A stretch of 64,000 nucleotides of DNA, taken from Macrostomum lignano (Eukaryota). Both the position numbers and the translations under genes were made by a program. Shown piece by piece: positions 50,476 to 62,046 of the stretch (its first letter is position 1; the number at the start of each line of letters is the position of its first letter). Below the pieces are notes generated by a model that searched no databases, was not told where the DNA came from, and saw nothing but the letters and a program-made list of their open reading frames with translations. The stretch covers positions 186,001 through 250,000 of the forward strand of contig NIVC01000862.1 of assembly GCA_002269645.1 (NCBI GenBank), read 5' to 3'.

Positions 50476-52501
50476 TCAGGCAACCCTAATTCCAAAGATG
50501 TACAGCTCGCACATTACCAGACCTTTGCTTAGTGGAGTTTGAATTTTCACAACGTTGCCATAGCGACCGCAGGTGAAGTTGCGAATAAAGAATGGAACGG
50601 AGGTGATAAATTCGACGCACTGGAGGCTATCCACACTGATCGTAAGCTGATTGAGTCGTTCTGAGCAACAGTCCTGGCGATTGAAAATCTGAACCTTGGT
50701 GACGTAATAGCCCGGACCAATGTCCGTCTGCCACCACTGGTTGGATGACTCGCTCGTGTGGCTGCAGTAACCGTTTCGAAAGTTCTGATCAGTATTGCCG
50801 TCGAAGAGGCGGGAGCAGACGCCGCCCCAGAGATCTGAGCTTTGCCGGCAGTTGGTCAGGTTGATGCGTGTCTCAACTGAAATTGATGGGTTAGAATAAG
50901 CGTTGGAATTGCGCGCGTAACGCTTTCGATTGTGCAAGGTCAAACCTTAAGGCCGGTTCGCATTATCACTAGTAGCTCCGTGGGTTAATGATTACGAGTA
51001 CTTGATCATCACCAGAGCCACGTTTTTGGGCCATTAGCCAAAAGTTTAAAAGCTTGTTGTCGGATCTGTCCTCTATTGCGACAAAAGAGAGCTGAACAGC
51101 CACACTGTACGCCATCGCCTTATTTTCTATTACAACCAGACGCACAAGGGGCGTCCCGGCTACCGACAAAAGGAACACGAGAAATGGACAAAGTATGAGT
51201 ACACACTAGCAAATACCTCCGTGCCTCCATCTGGTGTGTATGATGGCCGCCGCCAAACATACTCATATGTGAGTAAGAGCCCTTGAAAATCTTACTGTAT
51301 TTGTTCCTTATATTGCAAGTTGAGCCTAATATAAAATACGAGTATTTAAACGAATAGCTTTCTCAGATGCGCGTTGCTGAAAAGATATTTTCGATATCGA
51401 TTGGTCAATATTTGAGCGATGAATATGAAAGATGAAAAAATACTTTATCGGCTTGCTTCACAGGAGCAGACTGTTGACAACAATGCTGAAATTGAATTTC
51501 CTAAAGAATGTTCCGATTTTCATTCAAACTGGTAGCTCAAGTTTCCTGGTCAAACAAATTCTTCAGCAAATATTGCATTTTTCGACTGCAAATAATGCAA
51601 TTTTTAGCCGTGATAGATTGTTTCCCCACAAAAGGTTATGGCTCGTAGAACGATAGGACACATATACAGTAGACAGGGTGTACGATCTAAGGGTAAGGTA
51701 AAATAATAATCTTTAAGGTATCAAACGTAAAAGTATGTTTGGAAGCATAGAAGATTAAAAATTGTAGATTTTATCAGGAAAATCTGCTAACATCTCAATA
51801 TGCGTAGTAATTGCTGGAGGGAAATTAGGCACTCAATCGTCATGCCTACTAAACTGTCAATAGTTTTGAAGTGTTACTAGGTCTATATGCTGTCACATGC
51901 TCGGTAAACACAATTTTTATGTCGTCGTTTTGAGTTCGTGCCGAATGTGCCGACAAGTTCTTGGTTGTGACAACTGAGGCCGGCTTACATTACCGCTAGT
52001 AGCTCAAGTCTGCTCTGGGTTGGTTCAGCTCGAATTTAAACAAATTTGATCAGCTGAGCTGCCAACGGTGATGCACGTTTGAACTATTAGAAACTGATAA
52101 AAACGTGCTCAACTCTGTGCCATTAAGTATGCGATAGATATTTGGTACATGCACTCACCAGGCATAGGCATAGTGTAGACTGACTCGGGACAGAGAGATG
52201 CGTTAAGCCACGTCTTGACCAGGACGTTAAATTCAACCAGACGGCAGGAATTGAACTGGGACAAGTAGAAAGCAAAGCATGAGTCATTGTTTTCAAAAGC
52301 CAGGGTGCAAGCCAAAGCACAGGCTCGAGAGTTATTCAGTTCGGCTATTTCTACCGAAGCCACCTCTTCGATTGGTGCGGTGCGGCCTTGACAGGCAGGA
52401 CGCGGTGACTGCTCCAGTAGTTGATAAAAAGCGGAACTGCTGGCTGTCAGAGAAACGGGTAGCTTCAGAAAAACGAGAACTATGACCGATGGTACGAGCA
52501 T
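50476..52501 (-). CDS. Locus K: secreted PAN/Apple + F-type lectin protein (intact, most divergent lectin domain)
   Basis: Exons 52159..52501 and 50476..50876, 1282-nt phase-1 intron (G|GTGAGT ... TTCAG|TT). LFDG; CSHT...RQDCCSER. Confidence 0.9.
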
Positions 52502-53022
52502 TTTTGTGCGCTCCGAACTGTTCTGAAAGGACTGGAAAGCAGAGCTCATCTATTGTCGCAAAACTGTTAAGGGTTTAAGAATTGCAATGCCTGATAGTTC
52601 ATTGGTTACAGCAAACATCCCAATGAGGAATATTGCCGCCCCAATCAGATTTAGCTGTTTCATAAGTTTTTAAAATGGAGTTTTTCTAGTAGGTTCGCAT
52701 GGGAACTGTCTCAGAAAATCCTTTTGCTGTCATGTTTTTGATCCTGAACGACCTTTGTTACTGTCATTGAAAATTCATTGACATTTTTCTGAACAAATTT
52801 AAAAGCATATTAGTAGGCAATTTAAAAAAGTTAAAACCAGAAGTGATTAAGGGTAAAAAAGTACTCCGTAGGCATTTTAAAATTCACGCTTGTATTTAAT
52901 TCTTATTCGAAGCAGTGGATAAATAATGACTATAGGTAATTTCAACATAAAGTGCTGTAAAAATAACTTGTAACTACTAATATTATATGGTTTGCGAAGG
53001 CTTTTACATATCTCGCATGCAG

Positions 53023-54940
53023 CTAAGAGATGAGATATTTTGCTTCGTCTGGGTTCATCTTCCGGAATTGCTCCATCCGCTGAGCACGCTCCAAGATGCC
53101 ATCCACCTGACCTCTGTAGATGCCCTGCATTGACCAGAGAAATCCACAGAAAAAGAATGAGAGGAAAAAGTACATAATGATCTGCCACTTCAGAGTGAAT
53201 AAAGTCGGCTTGTAGGCTTGACGAAGCGGCTGATTTAGCGTGGACTCTACGATGCTAAACATCAAAGCAACCACCAGAATGCTGAGGAAGTTGGCGGATG
53301 CAAAGAAAGCTGTCACAACAGAGATCGACATTCGGAAGAAGAGTCTACGGAAGGAATACTTTCGGAGAATCCGCTGCCGCACAATGGCGTGTCCGGTTGG
53401 CGCCCCGCCAGAGCTGGTGACGATGGCGCCGGGATCAGGGGTGCTGGTCTTCCTGACCTCCCGGCCGTTCTCCTCCTCATCGGCGTCGGCTCTCCGACGA
53501 TCTCCACCATCGTCTAGCAGAGCGGCGACATCGGCGGCGTTTTGATCCAGACGACGCAACTGACGCTGCGTGCCGATTGTTAGGAAAGCTTCAACTACCG
53601 CACAGATTGTGAACATCAGGACAAATACACTGATAGTGATGTCCATGACCTGCAAGTTGGTTGGGCGTGACTATCCGTAGTTCAATAACCTTTGACACTC
53701 GATGCTTGCGCTTCAAGCTTTCTTATTTTAATAAGAAATAGAATCTTACAGCGAAATTAAACTTCTTGGTGAGTTTATTTATTAAAAATCCAAAATTTAA
53801 ATAGTCCAAATCTATTGCTGCGGGGTTTAATAGTAGATTAATTAACACTAGAGCTGCTGGCAACCCAGCGAAACGCTTCCGGCGGCACCGAAACTAGCGT
53901 TCAGGAAATTTTGTCCATTCCGCTGACTCGACAGCCTTCGGCCTCAGGACAATTTTCGTGAAAAGAACCACATAAATAACGGAACTGAACCACTGGTCGT
54001 GGCACAAGAGTCACGAGCTACCACCAAACTACTTTGGCCCCTTCTACGGTTTTTTAGCGGCTCAGATTTCGAATTCGGTATCAATTTACCGATGAAATGA
54101 GCTGGCGACCTTTGCAAAAACGTATACAGTATATTTGTCGTATCACTAGTGAGTTTAATATGCTCTCTAGAGAACACCAAATCGAGTTACGCAATGGACA
54201 AAGTCGGTCGTAAAAATACTCAGCGATACGAAAGATGCGCTTTCCTAATCGGTCTCCAGCTCATTTCTAAGAAAATCGAGTACGTCATCCTTCAGTCTGA
54301 GCTACTGTTTAGTATTGCAGGGGAGTTGCAGTAGATATGTTAAAGACCTATACCTGGTATACAGGCTGGACCGCCACAAAATACCATTTATAAAAGCTGA
54401 AAAAATTATAAATTCAAACATACGAATACAACCAAAATACCTAGTACAAGTATGCTGAACTTTTATTCGATGCTCTACTAAAAGTAGGATTATAAGTAAA
54501 ATACGCTTATCAAACAATCTAAGAAACTTCAAAGCATATACTCTCGTACCCAATAGTTACGACTCTTATTCATGGCATATCGGTTAGTCAAGAAATAAAG
54601 GAAGCTAAGGTGTTGTTCTGGTTGAGGTTAAACTAAATTTCAAACTTAATATACTGCCGCAATCTCAGTGAAATCATGCACTTACATTAGAAATGTAGCA
54701 GGACGCCTTGATTTCCCAGTAAGCGTTGGACACGTTGCTCGGTCTGTTCTTGATGAACATCCATCTGGAGATAATACTGAAGTTCTCGTGGCCGCACAGC
54801 ATGTACAGCGGCCGAACCATGAAGATGTGCATTGCCAGCAACAAGACGAAATTCACAAACAATGTTAAAATTATGACCAAACGAAATCCCTGATCAAAGA
54901 CTTCTCGAATGTCTACGCGGACCAACTTTAATAGCAACAT
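53023..54940 (-). CDS. Four-transmembrane protein (~312 aa) with claudin/PMP22-like topology
   Basis: Proposed exons 54686..54940, 54441..54454, 54354..54396 and 53023..53649, all GT-AG and in frame. Four hydrophobic segments; the first loop carries NFS/NVS/NHT sequons and AYW..C..C. Confidence 0.6.
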
Positions 54941-57900
54941 TTTTATTGTAGATCAGCATGCAGAGGGTACGCCGAGGAAGCTATTCTACTAACCAAGGGT
55001 TTGAACTGATCCAAGAACTAACTACCAAACTTTTAGCTGCATCTTAGTTTATGGGGTGAACTTCATTTTTACTTATAGTTGGTTGTTATTTATTGACAAT
55101 TTGACAATAATTATATATATAGCAACTGGAAACAAACAATTTTATATTCATGACGAAAGCCATAACGAAGTCGTGTTTTGTTTAGAATTCTCTCTGCGTT
55201 GCTTCGCCCATTCAAATTTTAGATGCTATTTATAGAATTCTGCTTTGTGCATAGCAACAATAAATACTTTCCTTTACGATGAATGGATATTAGCTTAAAC
55301 AAGAACGAAGGTCGTCAAAGTGCGCATTGGAACTCCGCTGTCATAAAGAATAATTAGGGAAGTTAGCAGTCAGTATGCATGTAACTAGCAAGCTTTTAAA
55401 ACCTTTTGTATTGTTTCTAGACAGAGACAAAGTCTCGATTGTTATACAGGGGAAATGAGAATTCACCTGAGCTAGAACCCCCCCCCCAAACACTGCAGAG
55501 ATCGGTACAGATTTTTGTTCTCATGACGTCCCAAAGACAGCACTAAGCATGTTTACGACCATTTTATGAACTCAGGACTGACTAAGCGCCCACCGTTTAG
55601 AAGGCAGTATGCATACACTACTTTCACTACTTTCTCAAGCGCAGATCATTGTAAATGTAACTCAATATGTCAAAGTACACAAACTTTTTATTTTAAGTCT
55701 GCACTCTACAATAAAAGTCTTTACTAGTCATGGATACAGAGTAAAAACGCTGCAGTCCCGACAGTTGTTCGCTAAACTCAAATTCGTGCGCGAGAATCTA
55801 TTTTTAGTGATGAAGAAAGAATAACTGGAAATGTTAGAAATCAATGATGAACGGTCAATCAGTTACATCTAGCAGCTTTTACAACTAGGTAACAATGCCC
55901 AATTCAATTCATCTTAAAGATCGCAGCACTTCTACCATGCAAAATATTGTCAAAAACGTTTAGTGCACAAATTGACACGTATCAGTGATTTTTATAGCTT
56001 CTCAAACTGAGCTAGTCTAGTACTAAATACATTGGCTATGGGAACATGCAATGGTTTAAGTTAGGCTAATCCTCTGCACTGCACTGTGGAGGAGCGTCAC
56101 ATGCATAGGAAAGCAAAGTAACACTTCCGAAAGATGAAACAAGCGATTTTTGCATGGCCGGAACAACCAAACAATAGGGCATGCATCTGGAGGCTGTGGA
56201 TGCAACAAACGTATGCTTCGGCTATGCAATGGGGTGGCTGCACTTTACCCTTTAAAAAACTTTCACAGGTACAAGCTTTGGACAAGCTTTGTCTATCGGG
56301 CCGCTTTGAAGACGAGACATGTTTTTTCCTTTCTGTCGTCCCATTTGGATCCGGTACTCTAGCACAGAAAAACAACAAAATTGATGCTACTGATGGATTA
56401 TTAAAAAATAGGGTAACATTTTTGTTTCGTATGGCATTTATGCTGCAGAAAGTAGTTAACCAGATACGAAACGTTTGGAATTCATCACTCAGAGGCGCAT
56501 GATGTTTTAAATGGCCAACTGAGGGGTCAAAATCGCATAAATTGAAAAAAAAATTTTGTTGCTAACCATTCGTGTTTTCACATAAATATATTCTCGTTAG
56601 TTCAAAACCTCTTAAAAAGATAAACTGCTCCTAAATACATAGCTTTGGCCGTGAAGTCGGCTAAGGACTCTTAGTCGTGCGGCGGGGGTGCAGCTTCGAA
56701 CCATGGACTTATCTAACAATTATATTTGTTTAGCGCAGATTATTTCAAAAAATTGTCAAAACGAAACTTGTCGATCTCTTTTGTCTATGGCCATGAATTC
56801 AGCGCTATGCCATGGAATCATATATGCTTGCGAGACAATAAAAATCACCGCTTATATTCGCACCTTAGACATATTCAGGGCGACATTGTTGAAAGCGTGG
56901 TGGAACTCCGATTCCTTGTGCAGCAGTCTTTCCTCGTAGTGCATTTGTAGAAAGTTGGGCCAAAACATTTTCTTCAAGAATTCTCACACTGGCTGTAGCG
57001 ATCTACCTGGAAAAAATAGTAAATGAGACAAAATACAGTCGGAATAACGACAAACCGATACCGGTTCAAGTGACCCCAGATGCAGGTGAAGCGGCTCTGG
57101 TGGCTTTGGACGCTCAAGAGACGTATTTGATGGCTCCCGACGGCTAGGGCACAACTCTGGTGGGTGTCGACGCCTGCGAAAGACGGTTGATTTTGTGTTC
57201 GAAATTGAAAAGCATGGGGATGCTAATTTAAGATGACGGTGCTAAAAGCAAGGTTGCATGTATATCCCATAGTTTTTGGGATCTTTTTGTTCTGTCAAGT
57301 GAGTTATATGAGCATATTGTTATTAACACGCATGAATCGTTGTGAGATATTAATTGTAGAACACTTCTAAAGCTCCTAACAAAGGACCAGGTCTGCACAC
57401 GAATTTAAACGATTTTTTTCAGCTTAATTTAGAAACACAACGGCATCCAGCCTTGCCAATGCCGATGTACTCGCGTGCCGGAACACTGTTTGGTTCCTGC
57501 CGCTCAGCTGCTGAGCTGATTTAGACCGGCACAATGCTCGCTCGTCCATGCGCGCTGAAAATTTTCTGGGCACAGAAAATTCTGCCTGCTGCGAAACAGT
57601 AAACCAGCAAAGCGTGTCGCCTTTGCCAAGGAAGTAGGACTAACGGCAGAGAGAATCTCTGAGAATCGCTGGGACTCTTGACAATTAGAATCCAGCTTAG
57701 CGGAGCAGTACCCAGTCCCGGAAGCAATTGCTGCTCCAGTTGAAGTCTTCTATGGAGAGGAAGACTCAGCGTCTCTCCGATTCTTCGCTACTTTATCTGT
57801 ACCAGCAGGCGACACTTCAGCCGATGGCGGGCCCGGAAGACGTCCGGAAATCGCGTTAGCGATGAAGTTCTCAGGAAGAGGAGAGAGAAAGAGACTGAGC

Positions 57901-58575
57901 ACGTTGAATCTTTTTTTAGGGGCCGGATGAAGCTCTGAGGGCTCCAATCGGTGCCTGGTTGGGCGGGCCTGGGCGGATCCCAGCAGTATTATTCATCTCG
58001 CCCTTCGCGATATTTTTCCCAAATAGGCATGGGATTGTGTAAGCAGCTTGAGCATGCTAACATTTTTATCCATACTTCTACCTCAAATAAACTGACTATA
58101 AAAACTCTCATCTAACTTCCTAACTATTGAGATCTAAGGCTTCTCCTTTCTTTACTTGCCACATGAAATCTCCAGGGCAAGATTTTGTGAGTCGGGATTG
58201 GCGGTTCTTTGATTAGTCTAGTCGTGGCCCTAAACTACTACAGCCAATGTACCTCACTATCTCATTTCATAGCTCATGCCGAAATGATTCATAATTTCAG
58301 TAATACATTACCACTGTAAGTTATTTTCAGCCTTTAATCAACTATTGCCAGCCCTGCCAACCCAAAGAAAAGCCTATATAGACTGAATTCCATCCGTCTC
58401 CTTATTGGTCGTCAAAGTCAGCCAATTGGTTTCTAACAGACTCCTCCCACTGCTTCCTCCCGCACTGTAAAACCGACTATATCTGTCATAGCATATCATA
58501 TATGCACATGCGAGTTAATTTTTCCTAATCACTTTGAACACCCATAAAGCAGTCAAGTCGTAAAATCAAAGCGAG

Positions 58576-59952
58576 ATGCAAAGCGTTGACGCAAATTTGA
58601 GCTGCATCGATGAAGGCTCGCCAATATTGTCATCGAGAGTTGTCGTGACCATCTCGGGTGTAGCCATGACTCTCATGGTGTCGCTCGGACTTCTTGGTAA
58701 TACGGCTGTGATTTTCGGCCTAGTCAAATTTGGCCGAGCTACCAATCCTTACTTCTTTATCATTACCATTATGGCTGCGATTGACATGTTAGTATGTCTG
58801 GTGGACGTGCCCCTGTACGGAGTTTTTACGCTAAACAACTTCAAATGGCCAGTGTCTCGAGCCTTGTGCAAGCCTTACCTAATAGCAGACTACATCCTGT
58901 GCAGCATGTCATCGTACTGCGTAGCCATTCTGAGCTACGATCGCTCCGTGCTAGTGATGGAACCCCTGCGCTACCAGAAGATGCAGACCCGCCGTAAAAT
59001 ATCGGGTATTTTAGCCTGCTGCTTTGTGCTGGCCAACTTTCACACGCCGCTGATTCTGCTCTGGCCCAAAGTTGGCGGAAATTCCACGGAAAGCTGTGAA
59101 GATCACGGATGCTCGGTGCAGTATGAAGAGAGCCTGGCCTTGCAGCTGTGCGGAGTGCTAATCCAGTTCTTTCTGCCGTTCTCTGCCACGGTCATCAGCA
59201 GCTGCCTAGTGTACACCAGAATGCGCCAACGAAAGCAGCTGTTTTACACTCTGCAGGGAGGCATCGCCCAGTTTGCTGGCCAAGACCGAATGCTTCGTTT
59301 GGCTGGCAAGGCGAGCCGACGAGCGGGCCGGTGGCTGATTGTCTTCGACTCGATCTACACGACCATGTGGCTGCCGTGCATGCTGATGGTAGTCATCCGT
59401 ACGCTGGTTGACAAGGCTCTGTTCTCGCCAACGCAGCCGCTATTTCACATTTTCCAGCTGTGCTGGTGGCTCCTGCTGTGCAACAGCGTCGTCAATCCGT
59501 TTCTGTACATTCGTTCGTGCGATCCGGTGTGTAACTTCTACCTGTCGCTGTTCTGTCGCTGCAGACAACGGGCAGGCAACAATACGACTCGGATTCAGCA
59601 GCAGAATCAGCAAATAGCGGCAACAACCAGACAGCGACTCAAAGAGGCAAATGAACATCCCGGCCATCGAAATGGACGGACGCCAGTTCGTGATGACGAA
59701 CAGCAGCAGGAGCAACAGCAGCAGTCTGAGCAGCTGCAAATTGACGTGCTCATCAATGGCGGCCTGGGCATCAAGAGACGGCCATCGTCACGATCGCGCA
59801 TATCCGTGGCTGGTAACGAGATCCCCCTGCTGAGCAGCTATCACAGCCAGCGCGACAACGAGGAGGCTGACGAACAGCGGGCCAGTCAATCAAAGCTGGA
59901 GAACAGAGTGGATGAAGTTGATAGCGATAAAGAAACTGAAGCGCAGATTTGA
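58576..59952 (+). CDS. Intronless rhodopsin-family (class A) GPCR, aminergic-like (histamine H3/H4 or muscarinic-like)
   Basis: GN (TM1), AAID (TM2), LCKPYLIADYILC...SYDRS (TM3 with Asp3.32), FFLPF, WLP, NSVVNPFLY (NPxxY), long Gln-rich C-tail. Confidence 0.92.
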   Translation: MQSVDANLSCIDEGSPILSSRVVVTISGVAMTLMVSLGLLGNTAVIFGLVKFGRATNPYFFIITIMAAIDMLVCLVDVPLYGVFTLNNFKWPVSRALCKPYLIADYILCSMSSYCVAILSYDRSVLVMEPLRYQKMQTRRKISGILACCFVLANFHTPLILLWPKVGGNSTESCEDHGCSVQYEESLALQLCGVLIQFFLPFSATVISSCLVYTRMRQRKQLFYTLQGGIAQFAGQDRMLRLAGKASRRAGRWLIVFDSIYTTMWLPCMLMVVIRTLVDKALFSPTQPLFHIFQLCWWLLLCNSVVNPFLYIRSCDPVCNFYLSLFCRCRQRAGNNTTRIQQQNQQIAATTRQRLKEANEHPGHRNGRTPVRDDEQQQEQQQQSEQLQIDVLINGGLGIKRRPSSRSRISVAGNEIPLLSSYHSQRDNEEADEQRASQSKLENRVDEVDSDKETEAQI

Positions 59953-60502
59953 CTAACGTAGCTGCTAGAGCTTTTAACTCGCATTTTAGGCGCGATGTAG
60001 ATGCCACAGACAGCTGAAGCAGAAAGACGTAACACTTGCAAACCCTGCAAAAATTGCTGGACTCTCGTAGATTGGAAGTCCGATGCTTTCGCCGATTTTC
60101 GCCGATCTCGCCGATACATTTTGCCGCGAAGAAAACGGTTCTCAGCGAAATGTACACTCTGCGCCCTTCTAATATATTTTTGCATGTGTAATGCGAATCA
60201 AACAGGCTTCAGAAATATCGCGAAATGCAGAACATGCAACGGACTTGAAAATTTCGAATTTGCAGATTTGTTTTAACAAAATCCTATATACTAAAAATGA
60301 AAATCTTGCTTGTGCGCAATCGATTTTCTCAAGAATGGCTTAACCGATTTTCATGAGACTTGCGGTGTTCGATCGGTGTAATAATAGCAGTACTAAATCT
60401 TAGATTTCAAATGCTCACTTTGTTTCTGTATGTTGTCTGGCGTACAGTACTGGTAATCAAGTAGGGTGAACTTGATTAATTTTTTGGCTAGTGAGAAACA
60501 CA

Positions 60503-61100
<598 letters not shown>

Positions 61101-61263
61101 ACGCACCGATCATATATTTTTTTCTTGGACCTTCGTAGGAAACGAATACGACTTGAAAACATTGTCATATAGTTGTGGCTGGACTATTTTCATGCTGTTA
61201 AAATTCTTAGAATTGGACAGTGACTACTTGTATATTATCACTGCTTATCAAACTACCGCTTTT

Positions 61264-61689
61264 ATTATAGCTTTTGTCATGCTATCTCAGCCTAGGGACA
61301 TCCAAACTCAGCCAGCCCCATTCCGCAATGCGTTTTTTGGCTCGAGCTAGTCGAGTTTTACCATAGACATGCTTCTTAAGGCCATGCTATCTCAGCCTGG
61401 GACATGCAATCTCAGCCAATATAGATTTCAATTGCAAACAGATCTCAATGCTATCATTTCTGTAACGTGACATGAAATGGCAACAAACAGCAATGAATGA
61501 ACGCAGCAAGAAAAGTCAGTAAGAATCTGAAAAGTGGCTGAGATTGCATGTCCCAGGCTGAGATAGCATGGCCTTAAGAAGCATGTCTATGGTAAAACTT
61601 GACTGGCTTACGTAAAAAATCGCACTGTTGAAATGGGCTGGCTGAGTTTGGATGTCTCTAGGCTGAGATAGCATGACAAATACTATAAT
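61264..61689. mobile_element. Foldback/MITE with ~155-bp inverted arms
   Basis: 61264-61418 pairs with 61535-61689. Each arm has an internal duplicate of catgctatctcagcct.ggacat. Confidence 0.85.
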
Positions 61690-61822
61690 TGCAGCTCTGT
61701 TTTATTGCAATATTTTAAACATGCCTGTAGAGTATCAAAATAAGTTGCAAGCATGTGATTTTCATTTTGCCTAAAACTGCAAGAAGACTGATGCACTATC
61801 GCTTTTGTCAGCCAAGTTGATA

Positions 61823-62046
61823 CACCTTTTCACGTTCAATTTTGAACAAAGTCCAGTTCTAAAAAAACTAGCGGAAATTCAATTCAGACAATTCAGACTG
61901 GGGACAATTTTGTCTATGGCTAAACCTCGCTTCCGTAGCAGAATGTTTTGAACTGGGTTTTGTTGCCCCAGTCTGAATTGTCTGAATTGAATTTCCGCTA
62001 GTTTTTTTAGAACTGGACTTTGTTCAAAATTGAACGTGAAAAGGTG
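61823..62046. mobile_element. MITE with perfect 81-bp TIRs and TA target duplication (Tc1/mariner-like)
   Basis: 61823-61903 is the exact reverse complement of 61966-62046; TA at 61821-61822 and 62047-62048. Confidence 0.88.

Noticed and set aside
56097-57000. ORFs 56134..56502, 56688..56939 and 56726..56950 as transposase or gene remnants
   Set aside because: No motif I can identify and no consistent splice model.
58794-60185. Short ORFs overlapping or antisense to the GPCR
   Set aside because: Shadows of a GC-rich coding sequence with no independent motifs.
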